DNA of 64,000 bases from the human T2T-CHM13v2.0 reference genome, Homo sapiens (GCF_009914755.1 NC_060943.1); one strand, 5' to 3'; shown: positions 26,384 to 52,762, numbered from the stretch's first letter. Notes: generated by a model from the letters alone, not told the origin. Translations and numbers: made by a program.

Positions 26384-26948
26384 CTAATCTTGGTTGCTCT
26401 TCCCTTAGCAAGAAAAGAACTTTTCTGCCCAACCTTAGAGATGCCTCAGATCTTTATTTTATTTTATTTTTTTTGAGACTGAGTTTCACTCTTGTGAGCC
26501 ACCGCGCCCAGCTGGGATGCCTCAGATCTTATACTTGATGCTTTCCCGTTTTGCAGTACTCCTTTAGAATGAAGTCACTTCTTAGCTAAATGCAGATTTA
26601 TTTTAATTGAGAATGTCTAGCAACAGCCCCACAACAGTAACAAATACAACCTCAAACAGGGAATCACCCCAACTGCCCCAGCTTTCTAATGCTCTGTAGC
26701 TTCTTTAAGTATAAAAGGCTTCTCCCATGGCTGGAGTGATCCGGAGGCTCCCAGGAAGAACCAATTTAAGTGGGCCTTCAATAACCTCCCTTTGCAGGCT
26801 CCAGACTGGCCTCAACTGGGAGTCACCGGCCTCAGGCCTCTCCACCCCACTCACTTCCTCCCATGCCTTACATGGAAAGTTACTTGGTTTAGTTAGCATT
26901 TATTTATTTATTAGTTAGTTTAGTTAGTATATATTTATTTATAGATGA

Positions 26949-27104
<156 letters not shown>

Positions 27105-27120
27105 TAATCTCAGCTAATCA

Positions 27121-27649
<529 letters not shown>

Positions 27650-28013
27650 TTAATAATATTTGAGTTCTTTAGCTGTTGGAAAGTCCTGTGCCACAGCATT
27701 TAGCATTAATCTGTCAAGTACACATAATAGGAATAGAACAGTTATCCACTGTCCTAAATTCCCCACCCTAAAAAGGAAAGAAACTAAAGTTTTGGTAAAT
27801 CTTTATAATTCAATCAAATAAGTACCACATTTTCTGTTAATATGTGTTCACTTTTTCTGCAGCCATAAAGAAAGTACGACCAAACATTTTTCCTTAGTCA
27901 TACTGTCACTGTTAAGCCCTGAAATTCCATTTGAATAATCAGAGAAACTTACTTGACAGACTGGGGGAAAAAAAAAGTAAATGAAGGGTTTTTTTGTTTC
28001 TACAAAAATTGGA

Positions 28014-29581
<1,568 letters not shown>

Positions 29582-29899
29582 CTATGGAAATACTTTCTCT
29601 ATCAATCTCTAATCTTATAGTTAATAAAACGTTGAAGCTGAAAAGAGTGAGTATCTCTTTTCAATGTGACAACCTCAGGGATGGGCAGCACTGACTCGAA
29701 CACAAACAAGTCTAACTCAGGTGTCAGGTCATCCCATCTCCTGGGACATTAGTCACCCCCATCTGCTCAGTAAAGTGCTCAGTGACCACCCACCACCACC
29801 CCAGGAGATACTTCACTGTGTGCTTTTCAGGCTCATGCACACCTGACCTGAATGGGAGGTTCTTGCACAACTGGAATGAGTGGGTTCTCCAGTGCTTAC

Positions 29900-29977
29900 A
29901 TATTGTTTTCTCTCTTCATTAGTCTGAGAGTCAGGAAGGAAGAGATCACTTCTGTCTTCTCCCCCAAATACAATCAT
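29900..29977 (-). CDS. ZNF442: ZNF442 N-terminal coding exon segment (MIVFGGEDRSDLFLPDSQTNEERKQY); exon probably 29900-30017
   Basis: ATG at 29977-29975, 26 codons, phase-0 donor gtaagc; acceptor ttcttccccaaccccag at 30018; matches the recalled ZNF442 N-terminus. Confidence 0.85.
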
Positions 29978-30532
29978 TCAACTGGCTGACCAGCCGTGTG
30001 TCCCCAAGGAATGGAAACTGGGGTTGGGGAAGAACAAGGTGATTGTCCCAAGGGTTAGCTTTTTATAGAAATGGTATACCAGAATATTCCTCCCATCCCA
30101 CCCAGGGCATCCAGCTGTTCTCTGTGAGGCCCCACCCCAACACCTCAGGCTGCTCACTGGGAGAAATGACCCAGGGACTGATATTCACTGGACCCTCCCA
30201 GAGACAGGGCAGCTGTGTGTATCTTGGGTCAACCCCAGGCAGTTCTGAAACAGAACCAGGAAAAGGCAGAGAGTGGGCTGAGAACACATCACCCCATAAA
30301 GTTTCTAAAGGGGACTTTCAATGTTGATTAGGTATCCGTACCCAGGGGAAAGAAAAGGAGAGACACAAAGGTTTTTTTGTTTGTTTTTTTGTTTTTTACA
30401 GTGCAGTGTCAGGTTATTCTCTGCTTCCTCACATGTGAAATGTTCAGGAACACAAATCTTTTAAGAAGCCGGCCGGGCGCGGTGGTCACGCCTGTAATCC
30501 CAGCACTTTGGGAGGCCGAGGCGGGCGGATCA

Positions 30533-30751
<219 letters not shown>

Positions 30752-31479
30752 TCAAAAAAAAAAAAAAGAAAGAAAGAAAAAAAGAAGCCATCCATTGCTC
30801 TCTGAAAACAAAATGAAAATTAAAATACTGGGACTCTGAAATTTAGCACGGGTGGGGCGGAGGAGGGAGGAGTTCATGATGTTGCTGTGAACTGAGGAGG
30901 GAAAGTTAGCCTGCGTAAGGCTCTGGAAACCAAGGGAGTTACTACCACCCCTAGGAGGAGTTAGAATGAGGGAACAGGGTAGTGGATTTGAGACCCTGCT
31001 ACCCCCATCTCTGAAAAACTCGAAGAGGAATCAGTCACCCTGGGAAGAAAAGAAGGGACTGGGGACCCCGCAGACCACAGCTCCTCCCGTGCACAAACCC
31101 CACGCAAGAATCTGGATTCTGATTGCAGTTAGATATTAACCAGGTACCCTGAGCCCCACTGCCTCGCGGGGGCCGCCTTCCTGAGAGTCAGGTCACAGAA
31201 GACACTGACCGCCGGCTTCTGCATTGTGCCTGGGGATAAGATCTCGGAGAGCTGCTCGAGTTGCCCAAGTTCTTTCTCAGATCTTGAATTCCAACGGAAA
31301 GGCTGGCGCCAAGCAGGGTGAAAACCCCACGAGGGAACCCACTCAGCAGGAGAATGCGGTTTCTTCACCTCCCGTCCCAGGATTCGCCTGTCACTTCCCC
31401 ACCAACCAGCGACCCCACACTTCAGCCGCCCCTGTCCAGACCCCTAAACACCCCCATCCCCAAACCTCTCATGGAGGCG

Positions 31480-32300
31480 GAACTGGGGTCTTCTCTCCTC
31501 TCCCCCTATTAAACTGTTTCTGCTGCAGGCCTTGGAGTCTCGGTGCAGTGACTCGGACCGCGAACCTGTGCCGGTTACAGCCGCACAATCTGGGAAGACG
31601 CGGAGCTGTGGGCATGGAGCTGCCCCAGAGAGGGCGCGGGAGCCGGGGCCGCAGTTGCTGCGCAGAAACGGGACAGGACGCCCGGGGTCCCGGCTGCCGG
31701 CCCAGCCCCCAGCTCCCACCCCGCGGCCGAGGGGACTGAAGGCCGGCTGGGCCAGGGGAACTCGGGTCCACAGACCCCGCAGTCGCCGCGGGGACGCCCG
31801 GGTCCCGCCACAGCCGGTTCTGGCCGGTTCCAACCAGTCCTTCGCCCTGCCCCAGGACGCCGGGCCCCGCACACTCACCATTTCCCGGCTTCCGCGGTGT
31901 CCCGTGTTCTCCCCAAGGTTCCCCGCTGCCAGCATAGGACTCAGCGTGACAGTGCCTGCCACTGACCTGCCAGGGCTTCTCTCAGCTACAGAGCCAGGAG
32001 CGGGAGCTCAGAGGGGTGTAGAAAGCTCCACCCTCCTCCCGGCAGCGCGCCTGACTGGCAGTTCCCAAGAACTCGCCCCCAACACTGATTGGGTAGAGCT
32101 CCAAATTCCGCCCCCCCAGGGAACTGATTGACAGAAGAAGGATCTTACACGGCTGAGTGGAGCGAGATGAAGCGGTTCCAGACACAGCCCTTGATAGGGT
32201 GGGCTTCCTCCCTTCGCTGTGACCTGACCCCTCCCAGGGGACATTTGCATTTAAGCGGAATTTCCTGCCTGTACTCAATGGGCTCTTCCTGCTCCTTCTT
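31480..32300 (-). promoter_or_regulatory. ZNF442: ZNF442 CpG island and promoter
   Basis: High CpG density 31480-32060; GC boxes, CCAAT (ATTGG 32088-32092), TGATTGACAG 32125-32134, octamer 32243-32250; paralogous to 1-600. Confidence 0.85.
31879..32000 (-). other. ZNF442: ZNF442 exon 1 ending in ATG|gtgagt; upstream boundary approximate
   Basis: CCGGGAAATG|GTGAGTGTGC, the typical first-exon end of this KRAB-ZNF family, inside the CpG island. Confidence 0.8.
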
Positions 32301-32755
32301 CCTGGACGGGGACCCACAAGTGTGTGCTGGGAATTCGAGACTCACTGCCCAGTGGAGCCATCCCCTGGCCTCAGAGCGGTAGGGGAGGCCCAGGCCACAC
32401 AAACCACACTGAAGCAGGAGGGAAGGCCTGGTGTCCTCCAGGGATCAGGAATTTAGGATGAGACTGCTGGCTCCATGGTCAAGCCTTTCTCCCACCTTAT
32501 CTCCCAATCTACTCATTCTCAGACCAGAAAATAAAAACACATCAACAATGAAATAAAATTGTTAAATGCATGGAAAATCTGGAATTATATGGCAGTAATC
32601 TTCTATAAAGGAATCAAAAGAAGGGAAAAGAAAAAACCTGAATTAGTTCAGAGAAATTTCAGCCACAGTTCAGCAGGAAACCCCCTTTCAGGAGGTTAAA
32701 CATATTTTCAAGCTTAGAAGGCAGATTCTGACTCCTGAAGTTGAGTCCCAGAGTG

Positions 32756-35185
<2,430 letters not shown>

Positions 35186-36141
35186 AGTGGGATCAGCACC
35201 TGGTGATGGGGCAGAGGCACTGAAGGATTTAGGGATGAGGGAGCTCAACTTGCCCTCCTGTGTCCTCTGCGCAGTGTGAAAATGCTCTCTCCTTCAAGAC
35301 TTTAAATATTAATGAATTAAATGCTCCAATCAAAAGCCAAGGCATTAGAATTTGAAAATATAAAGATTTCCCATATTTGTATGAAATACAAGTGTCACTG
35401 GTAAACTGAGTTCTTTCTCTAGTTTGTATGAGTCACAAAGAAAGAATACCTAATGGAACAAAAAAAAAAGGCAAGCAGGATTTATTTTCTGGCCAGAGAA
35501 GGAGAAGGGGTCAGAGTCAGCTCTTGCTCCGAAGATACTTCCTCCTCCTAGAGCTGTGGGAAGCTGGGTAATTTTAAGCAGCTAGATATGGGAAGGGGAA
35601 GTTTGTAATATGGGTAGAAAGGAACTTCAGATGTTCACAAATCATAAACATGTCTCTTTATACCACACATGTTCAAAAGGCCAGCCGGGTGCAGTGGCTC
35701 ACGCCTGTAATCCCAGCACTTTGGGAGGCCGAGGCGGGTGGATCACCTGAGGTCGGGAGTTTGAAACCAGCCTGACCGACATGGAGAAACCCCATCTCTA
35801 CTAAAAATACGAAATTAGCCAGGCATGGTGGTGCACGCCTATAATCCCAGCTACTTGGGAGGCTGAGGCAAGAGAATCGCTTGAACCCAGGAGGCAGGGG
35901 TTGCAGTGAGCACTCCAGCCTGGGCAACAAGAGCGAAACTCCATCTCAAAACAAAACAATGGGCCGGGCGCAGTGGCTTACACCTGTAATCCTAGCACTT
36001 TGGGAGGCTGAGGCAGGCGGATCACGAGGTCAGGAGATCGAGACCATCCTGGGTAACATAGTGAAACCCCGTCTCTACTAAAACAATAAAATAAAATAAA
36101 AATTAGCTGGGCGTGGTGGTGCATGCCTGTAATCCCAGCTA

Positions 36142-36312
<171 letters not shown>

Positions 36313-36339
36313 TTACAATAAGGTATCAGTGATCTAAAC

Positions 36340-36851
36340 CAGCAGTTCCTAACCTTTTTGGCACAGGGACTAGTTTCTTAGAAGATAATTTTTCCATGTA
36401 CTGGAGTGGGGATGGTTTTGGGGTGATTCAAGTACATTACATTGATTGTGCACTTAAATATTATTACATTGTAATATATAATGATGTAATTGTACAGCTC
36501 GCCATACTATAGAATCAGTGGGAGCCCTGAGCTTGTTTTCCTGCAACTAGATGGTCCCTTCTGGGGGTGGTGGGAGACAGTGACAGATCTTCCAGAATCT
36601 CATAAGGTGCATGCAACCTGGATCCCTTGTGTGCGCAGCTCACAATAGGGTTCGTGCTCCTATGAGAATCTAATGCTGCCTCTGATATGACAGAAGGCAG
36701 AGCTCAGGTAGTAATGTGAGTGATGGGAAGTGGCTGTAAATACAGGTAAAGCTTTGCTTACTCGCCCGCTGCTCACCTTCTGCTGTGTGGCCTAGCTCCT
36801 AACAGGCCACAGTCTGGTACCGATCCATGGCCCAGGGATTGGGGATCCCTG
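36340..36851 (+). mobile_element. MER1A-type hAT-Charlie MITE
   Basis: CAGCAGTTCCTAACCTTTTTGGCAC...GGGGATCCCTG termini, 8-bp TSD ATCTAAAC/ATCTAAAG, ~510 bp. Confidence 0.85.
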
Positions 36852-37123
36852 ATCTAAAGGCAACAAGGGGTCACTGGTTCTGGTTTACTCTGGTTTTGAG
36901 CAGGCCTTATCTTATTCTGATAATTGGCAAAGGGTCCTGAAGCTCCCAGGCCATCTGGAGTCCTAGTAAGCTAGCATACCTAAAGATAAACAGACTAGGA
37001 AAAAAAAATGTTATCCACTTTTTCAGAAAATAATTAGCGGCTGGGCATGGTGGCTCACGCCTGTAATCCCAGCACCTTGGCAGGCCGAGGCAGGTGAATC
37101 ACGAGGTCAGGAGTTCAAGATCA

Positions 37124-37444
<321 letters not shown>

Positions 37445-37959
37445 TCATGAATTGGAAGCTGGAACCCATGGCTAAAAAGAAAGAAGCCAAACATCAAGTG
37501 TAATTCAATGAAACAAAATCCTGAATCAACTTGTGATAATTGTAGTGTTTCCTGACAAGACAAATTGGCAAGTTTGAAAAACAAGAAAAAAAAGATGTCT
37601 GATTATAACTAATGAATGATATTCATGCCTTTAAAAATTACACACACATGCACACACACACTCACAATCTATTATCACAAGACTGTTCTCTCTCTGAAGA
37701 ATCAACCATCTTTCTGTAAGATGCTTCATCAACCTTTCACATTAACTGCCTTTGGAGTAATATTATATACTTACTTTTTCCTAGACAGTTGTGAAAACAG
37801 GGTGCAGTGGGTCAAAGGTGGTGTCAGGGGTTTATGTTCAGATTTTGCATATTTTTACAAATTGCAGCAATTAACTAGTTCATTACTGTGTTGATTTAAA
37901 TTCTTACAAAAGCTTCCAGACAAAAATAAACACTCATATAACCATGAGGAAAAAATTCA

Positions 37960-38836
<877 letters not shown>

Positions 38837-39065
38837 TCAATCAATGCAATCATCTAGAGGAATATAAAAGACAAATTTTTATTAACTGATTTCATCAAAA
38901 AACACTACCTATTCAACTCATGAATTTATGTGTCAAGAGAACTTATTTACAGAATTCTCTCACCTTGATGTGTTTTTTTCTGAAAGTAAGATGTAGGAAT
39001 CCATAGTCCAGATCCACTTTAAGCAGGAGGCACTGATAAAGACAATAGAGTTACACCTTTTATGA

Positions 39066-39338
<273 letters not shown>

Positions 39339-39599
39339 TGATCTCCTGACATCGTGATCTGCCCGCCTTGGCCTCCCAAAGTGCTGGGATTACAGGTGTC
39401 AGCCACCGCACCCAGCCGGATCTGAGTTTTCTAAATTACATTTATAGCATATCTAGCCAGTGTGAGTTATGATAAGGAATCGTCAATCTACCAAAGTTGT
39501 ATTAATATGTATATCCATGGAGGTGACACTTACGTCAATTGACACTTACATCATTTCATCAGGAAACATAGACAGATGCTGCACATGAAATTAGCCCTA

Positions 39600-39907
<308 letters not shown>

Positions 39908-39908
39908 G

Positions 39909-40184
39909 CTTTTACCTGAGCGCAAGATGGGTCACCAGCTGTACTGGAGACACCGGTTCTCACTCTTGTCGCATCTGTTCAAACCAGCATGGTCTGATCC
40001 AGAAATATGGTCTCAATATGTGCCGCCAGTGTTTCTGTAAGTATGCGAAGGATGTAGGTTTCATTAAGTTGGACTAAATGACCTTCCTTCAAAGGGTTAT
40101 CCAAAGCACCTACCCAATGAAAAACCAGGATAGTTCTTTGTATATAAAATAAACATTTTTTAAAAACCTTCAAAAAAAAAAAAA
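39909..40184 (+). pseudogene. RPS29P: Processed pseudogene of 40S ribosomal protein S29
   Basis: Pyrimidine 5' end CTTTTACC, ATG 39927 (MGHQLYW), C-terminal frame [20 protein letters not shown](40077), AATAAA 40148, poly(A); intronless and frameshifted by a deletion. Confidence 0.93.
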
Positions 40185-41344
40185 GAAATTAGCCCTATTC
40201 CTCAGAAATTTATATATTTTTGCAAGAAATGTGATTTTAATTCAATAGCATACAGTACATGTTATTGTAAATGCAGTATACATTTACTCCATAAGTAGGA
40301 AATTCACTCCTTCCCAAGTTTTAATGGTTTTCTAATACTTTTAAATGTTTTGTCTTTAGTTTCCCAACCAAATATGGCTATCATCTCTAAACACAATAAT
40401 TTTTTTTCCATCCTAGTTTTTATATTGTTTATTGATTTTTGACAATAAGTTTTATAGACTACTGTAATAGTGAGAGGAATGAAATAGAACTATTTTATTT
40501 ATTTATTTTTTTTTTTGAGACATGGTCTCACTCTGTTGCCCAGGTTGGAGTAAAGTGTTGCAATCATGACTCTATAGCCTTGACCTCCTGGGCTCAAGTA
40601 ATCCTCCCGCCTCAGCTACCTGGGTAGTTGGGATTACAGGTTAAAAACACCATGCCTAGTTAATTTTAAAATTTTTTCTAGAGATGGGGTGTCACTATGT
40701 TGCCCAGGCTGGTCTTGAATTCCTGGGCTCAAGTCATCATCCTGCTTTGGCCTTCCAAGGTGCTGGGATTACAGGCATGAGCCACTGTGCCTGGCTATGT
40801 TTCCTTTTGTTAGCTTATGATCCTCCTTTTCAGTGGGAAGCCTGTCACACAACAGTTTCTCATCATGCTGTGCTCTGAAACATACCTTAACCAAGAATCC
40901 TACATCAAGGAAAGCTCATGTTTAAAATGAAAGACAAAACAAAGTCTTTTTCAAGAATAAAAACATACATATTGAGACGATTTGTTCCTACCACACCAGA
41001 CCTACAAGAAAGATGAAAGAAAGTCCTTATGTCTGAAACCAAAGGATGGCAAAATCCGCAAGAAAAGAGAGAGAGCACCATTAAAGATCATTATATGAAT
41101 ATAATATCCAGACTAAATGTATATTTCCTCACCTTTCTTCTCCTCATGGATTTACAAAGCAACTGTGTAAAATAATAACTAGTTGGTGAATTCTTGGGCC
41201 TAGAACACATAAAAATGTAATGTATGTTTTATATTCACAAATAACACTGTAAAAACCTGAGTTAACTAAATGACTACCAAGGGGAAAGCAATAATTATAA
41301 GAAAGTACTGTTGGATGTGCAACCCTAAGAGTTGTTACACATGA

Positions 41345-41781
<437 letters not shown>

Positions 41782-41908
41782 TGATAAACATTCGATTAAT
41801 CACTACAAAATCTCACAACAAGTATAACAAAAAATAGATCATCCCCTACATCGCGAAGACATATTATGTGAAATCAGAATTTACTGTCCTTCCTTAGTTA
41901 AACATTGA

Positions 41909-45708
<3,800 letters not shown>

Positions 45709-45725
45709 TATTTGAAATAAACTGA

Positions 45726-46013
<288 letters not shown>

Positions 46014-46159
46014 TGATCCGCCCACCTCGGCCTCCCAAAGTGTTAGGGATTACAGGCATGAGCCACCGTGCCCAAGCCATAGAGTTTATTTCCAATGTGA
46101 TTTGTTTAATTTTCTCAGGTAAAATAAAATTAATGAATGCTTTCCCACATTCCACACAT

Positions 46160-47733
46160 TTATAGAGTATCTTTCCAATGAGTCCTTTTGTGTCTGTGCA
46201 AGGAGCTGAGAGAACTCAATGCTTTTCCACATTCCTTACATTCACATAGCTTCTTTGCGGTATGAGTTCTTTCATGTCCTTGAAGGAAACGGGAATGAGT
46301 GAAGGCTTTACCACATTGTTTACCTTCATAAGGTTTCTCTCGAGTGTGAATTCTTTCATGTTGTAGAAGGCAAGTGAGCCAAGAGAATGCTTTCCTGCAT
46401 TCCTTACATTCATACGGCTTCTCTCCAGTGTGAATCCTTTCATGTTGCTTTAAGTGACCAAAATGACTGAAGGCTTTTCTACATGTTTGACACTCATAAG
46501 GTTTTTCTGCTGTATGATTTTTTTATGAAGAGAAAGGTACTGGAAACAACCAAATGCTTTCCCACATTATTTACATTCATATGGCTTCTCTCCCATATGA
46601 GTTGTCTCATGATTTTGAAGGGAATAAAGATCACTAAAGGCTTTCCCACATTTACATTTATAGATTTTCTCCCTAGTGTGAGTCCTTTCATGTCTTTGAA
46701 ATCCAATGAAATAAACAAAGGCTTTCCCACATATCTTGCATTTTGTGAGGTCCATCTCCAGTGTGCATTGTCATGTGTCTTCGAAAGCTTGAGCTATGAG
46801 ATAACGCTTTCCCACACTGCTTGCATTCATAGAGTTTCTTCTCTCCAGTGTGAGTTCTTTCATGACTTTGCAGTGTACTGGAACAATCAAAGCCTTTCCC
46901 ACATATCTTACATTTATGAGGTCCATCTCTAGTGTGCCTTATCATGTGTCTTTGGAAGCTTCCCAGATGATCAAATGCTTTCCCACATTGCTTACATTCA
47001 TGGGGTTTCTCTGCACTGTGAGTGGTTTCACGTCTTTGAAGGGAAGTGGAAGCACTGAAGGCTTTCCCACATTGTTTACATGTACAGAGTTTCTCTCCAG
47101 TGTGAGTTTTTTCATGTCTTAGACAAGAACTGTAATCAGGGAAGGCTTTAGAACACTGCTTACATTCATACAGTTTCTCCCCAGTACGTGTTCTTTCATG
47201 TCTTAGATAAGAACTGTAAAAATGAAAGGCTTTAGAACACTGCTTACATTCATATAGTTTCTCTCCAGAGTGAGTTCTTTCATGCATACGAAATAAACTG
47301 GGCCAGAAAAATGCTTTCCCACACAACTTACATTTATAAGGTCCATCTCCATGCTGCACTGCCATGTGTCTTTGAAGGTTTCCCAAAGAATTGAAGGACT
47401 TCCTACATTCCTTACAATCATATGGTTTGTGTCCTGTGTGAGAAATTTTGTGGGTTTGAAACGAGTGGCAATAACTGAAGGTTTTCCAAAATTGTTTACG
47501 TGTATTACGCTTCTCTCCATATTCCTGATACTCATGTGGTTTGTGCCCAGCATCAACTCTGATGTGGCAATGAAGGGATGAAAGACCCGTGACGACTTCT
47601 CCACTCATTGTTTTCACGTGGACCTACTCCAGGAGGCATGTGCTTGTTCACAACAGTATCTCCAATCTGGCTAGATGTTTCTCCACAATGACTACTGTCT
47701 TTACTTTCACCGAAGCGCTCTACCATATCGCAT
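46160..47733 (-). pseudogene. KRAB-ZNF pseudogene, zinc-finger exon (ZNF442/ZNF799 paralogue)
   Basis: Acceptor ttttacag at 47734; 2-bp deletion ~47610, +1 insertion ~46742, TAA at 46567-46569, -1 deletion ~46520, one finger missing relative to the paralogues; ends [10 protein letters not shown] at 46160. Confidence 0.92.
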
Positions 47734-47852
47734 CTGTAAAAAATGGGAAGTATATTACTAAAGGTTTGTTTATAAATGATTTTATATGTATTAATAGGTA
47801 TTAGATGTACTTTTTTTTTTTTTGAGATGGAGTTTCACTCTTGTTGCCCTGA

Positions 47853-47984
<132 letters not shown>

Positions 47985-48195
47985 TAGTAAAGACGGAGTT
48001 TCTCCATGTTGGTCAGGCTGGTCTCGAACTCCTGACCTCAGGTGATCTGCCCAACTCGGCCTCCCAGAGTGCTGGGATTACAGGTGTGAGCCACTGTGCC
48101 CAGCCTAGATGTACATTTTTAACATTATCATGCAAAGCACAGGCTTCAGGTGACGCCTGCTTAAATGTGAATGCACTGAATGTTGTGCAAGATAA

Positions 48196-48477
<282 letters not shown>

Positions 48478-48917
48478 TGATCTGCCCACCTCAGCCTCCC
48501 AAAGTGCTGGGATTACAGGTGTGAGCCACCACGCCTGGCCAAAGGTTTGTTTATAAATGATTTTACATGTATTAATAGGTATTAGATGTACATTTTTAAC
48601 ATTATCATGCAAAGCACAGGCTTCATGTGAAGCCTGCTTGAACGTGAATGGACTGAATGCTATGCAAGGTAACTAAATGGCAGGTGCTTTCCCAATAATA
48701 ATATTCATATGGGGATTCTTAACATTGCTTCCATGGAACTTATTATGCAAACACTTGAATAGCTATGAAACCATTAAGTATATGCTTTTGGAGAAAATTT
48801 TCTAAGAATAAATAAATTTAAGCTGGGTTTGTTCATTTTCTTTGCTTCTTTGTAAAATTTCCTATCATTTGAAGAATGACTCCAGAGGCATATCTTTCTC
48901 TTGTGATTGCAAATTAC

Positions 48918-48978
48918 CTTACATTTATCCTGTGACTTTCGTATTGATCTTCCCTGATCTGGTCTTCTCATTTCATTC
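48918..48978 (-). pseudogene. KRAB-ZNF pseudogene, KRAB-B exon with a nonsense codon
   Basis: 61-nt exon with intact ag/gt; GMK*EDQIREDQYESHRINVR (TGG to TGA at 48968-48970). Confidence 0.9.
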
Positions 48979-49290
48979 CTAAAGGGTAGACCCAGAAAAA
49001 ATTTTTACAAAATTATAGAAAAACTGTAAGATATTATATATAGTGCAATCATGCAGGATTCATTCACCAAACTACAGTGGACTCTTGTAAACAGTTTTGA
49101 ATTGCTCAAGTCCATTTATATGCAAAATTTCTTCAGTTTCTGCTATCCCTGAGATAGCAAGACCAGTCTCTCTTACTCAGCCTACTCAATGTGAAGACAA
49201 TAAGGATGAGAACCTTTATGAACATCTACTTCCACTTAATGAATAGTAACTACAGTTTCTCTTCCTTATGATCTTCGTATCACCATTTTG

Positions 49291-49325
<35 letters not shown>

Positions 49326-49857
49326 GAGACAGAGTCTCGCTCTGTCACCCAGGCTGGAGTACAGTGGTGCGATCTGGGCTCACTGCAAACTCCGCCTACC
49401 AGGTTAAACGAATTATTGTGCCTCAGCCTCCCAAGTAGCTGAGATTACAGGCACGTGCCACCATGCCCAGCTTATTTTTTTGTATTTTTAGTAGAGATGG
49501 GGTTTCGCCATGTTCGCTGGGCTGGTCTTGAACTCCTGGCCTCAAGTGATCCGCCTGCCTCAGCCTCCCAAATGCTATAGGCATGAGCCACCGTGCCTGG
49601 CCCATATTGCCATTTTCTTTCTTTAGCTTATGTCATTGTGAGAAATATATAACATATATGACATACAGTGTATGTATTAATCAACTGCTTATGTGACCGA
49701 TAAGGGTGCCAGTGAACATTAGGTTAAACTGTGGTGGAAAAAAGTTATATCAGGATGTACAATTGCTTGGGGGGCTGACACCCCTAAACCCTGTGTTATT
49801 CCATGGTCAACCAGACCCCCTTTCCATATTCCAAATCTTCAACAGCATTGCACATCA

Positions 49858-50285
<428 letters not shown>

Positions 50286-51820
50286 TAATTTTTTGTATTT
50301 TTAGTAGAGACGGGATTTCACCATGTTAGCCAGGATGGTCTCGATCTCCTGACCTTGTGATCCACCTGCCTCAGCCTCCAAAAGTGCTGGGATTACAGGT
50401 GTGAGCCACTGCACCTGGCTAGGGTGTGTGGTTTCTAAGCGTGACATGGTAAATCCACTTTCATTTTCTGTCTACACTCACTGTCTCCCACATGGCAATT
50501 CTGATGCTACAATTAAATGTTTGCTAAGGCAACAATTGAATTGGGACGGGTCTCCTGTTGGTAAGTGAAGTCAGTATTATTACATGGACCTTCATGGCTA
50601 TTTCTACAGTGGATCTGCAGTTCTTATCAGGACAAAGTCCTACTCTTTATTGTGCAAAAGAGTTAACATTAGCAGTCCTGAGACTACATATCCTCACAAA
50701 TGCTTGTTTACAATGTTGGACCTTTTATGGTGTCTAGGCACTGGATTTAGGGAGGGTCCCCACCAATGTGGCTAGTAAAAGGGACTGAGTGTACCTAAAC
50801 TATTTATGCAAAATAATAAGGCATTTGCTTAGTTCCTATATTCCTCTGAGAACTGGAATTCTATTTCATGCTCAGCAGAGGAAGTGCACCTGATCAGCCA
50901 CTGCTAGGTTTGAATGTCTGTCCCCTCCAAAACACATGTTGAAAGTTAATCTCCAATGTGAAAGTAATAAAAGGTGGGGCTTTAAGAGGTGATTGGGTCC
51001 TGAGGGTTTGGACTTCATAAACAGATTAATCCATAATGGCTGAGTGAATAAATGGGTTATCTCAGGAGTAACACTGTGGTCATGTCATGAGAGGAAGAAA
51101 AGATCTGAGCTAGAGGCTCAATCCCCTCACTATGTGATACTCTGTGCTACCTAGGGACTCTGTAGAGTCCCCACCAGCAGGAAGGTTCTCACCAGATTCC
51201 CAGCCTTGACCTGAGACTTCACAGTCTCCAGAACTGTAAAAACTAAGTATGATTTCTTATCAATTGCCCAGGTTCACTTATTCTGTTATAAGCAAAAAAA
51301 ACAAGAGAAAGACAGTCATGAGGAAACACTCTGAGCACTGAGTCTAATGAACACCCCTGGTAGATTACATTTCATATTCTTTGTTGCAACTTGTGATTAG
51401 GGGGATCTGGCCCAGCCTATGTGCGATTACAGTAAGAGAATATTTGGAAGCTGGCAACTGGTTTCCACTAGATCAAATGCAGTAAAGTAGGACAAAAGAC
51501 TAATAAAATATACTTCACAATCCCAAGGGAAAAATCTTAAACTTATTATTAGGTAATGTCAAAAGAGAAGGAAAGAAACGGTGGATTGCACATGTTCTTA
51601 GAAATAACTCAAAGTCATCTCTTATGAATATGTATAATATTCCATAAATCCCTAAAGCAGACCTTTAGTAGTCAACAAAAATGACATTACCAAATCTAAG
51701 TCAAAAATGTCTAAAAATGCTTAAAACTTCTCATTAAATGACAGCATTATAAAAACAGATAAAGGATTCTTAAGTTATAATATTCAGCACCCCATAAAAT
51801 TAACAGAAAGATAAAGATAA

Positions 51821-52267
<447 letters not shown>

Positions 52268-52762
52268 TGATCCACCCGCCTCGGCCTCCCAAAGTGCTGG
52301 GATTACAGGCATGACCCACCATGCCCAGCCATTAACCTCAATTCTTTTTTTACATATATTTTACTTTGTTTCAGAGACAGGGTCTCGCTCTGTCTCCAGC
52401 CCAGGCTGGAGTGCAGTGGCATGACCTAGCTCACTGCAGCCTCGAACTCCTGGGCTCAAGTAACCTGGTGATCTCAGCATCCCTAGTAGCTATGACTACA
52501 GGCATATACCACCAAGCCTAGCTAAATTTTCCTTTTTTCTTTTTTTCTTTTTTTTTTTTTGCATAGATGAGGTCTCACCATGTTGCTCAGACTCGTCTTG
52601 AAATCCAGGCCTTGGTTGGGCATGGTGGCACACACCTGAAGTCCCAGCTACTTGGGAGGCTGAGGCAGGAGGATCTGTTGAGCCTAGGAGTTGGAGATGG
52701 CAATGAGCTATAATCACACCACTGTACTCCAGCCTGGGCAACAAATTGAGACCCCCATTTCC

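Noticed and set aside
31224-32402. Overlapping 100-199 aa ORFs at the CpG island (also 172..606)
   Set aside because: High GC suppresses stop codons; no recognisable domain and the frames are not conserved between the two paralogous promoters.
46688-47617. 309-aa zinc-finger ORF as a functional gene
   Set aside because: It is bounded by frameshifts, preceded by a KRAB-B nonsense codon and followed by another stop and frameshift; it is a pseudogene fragment.
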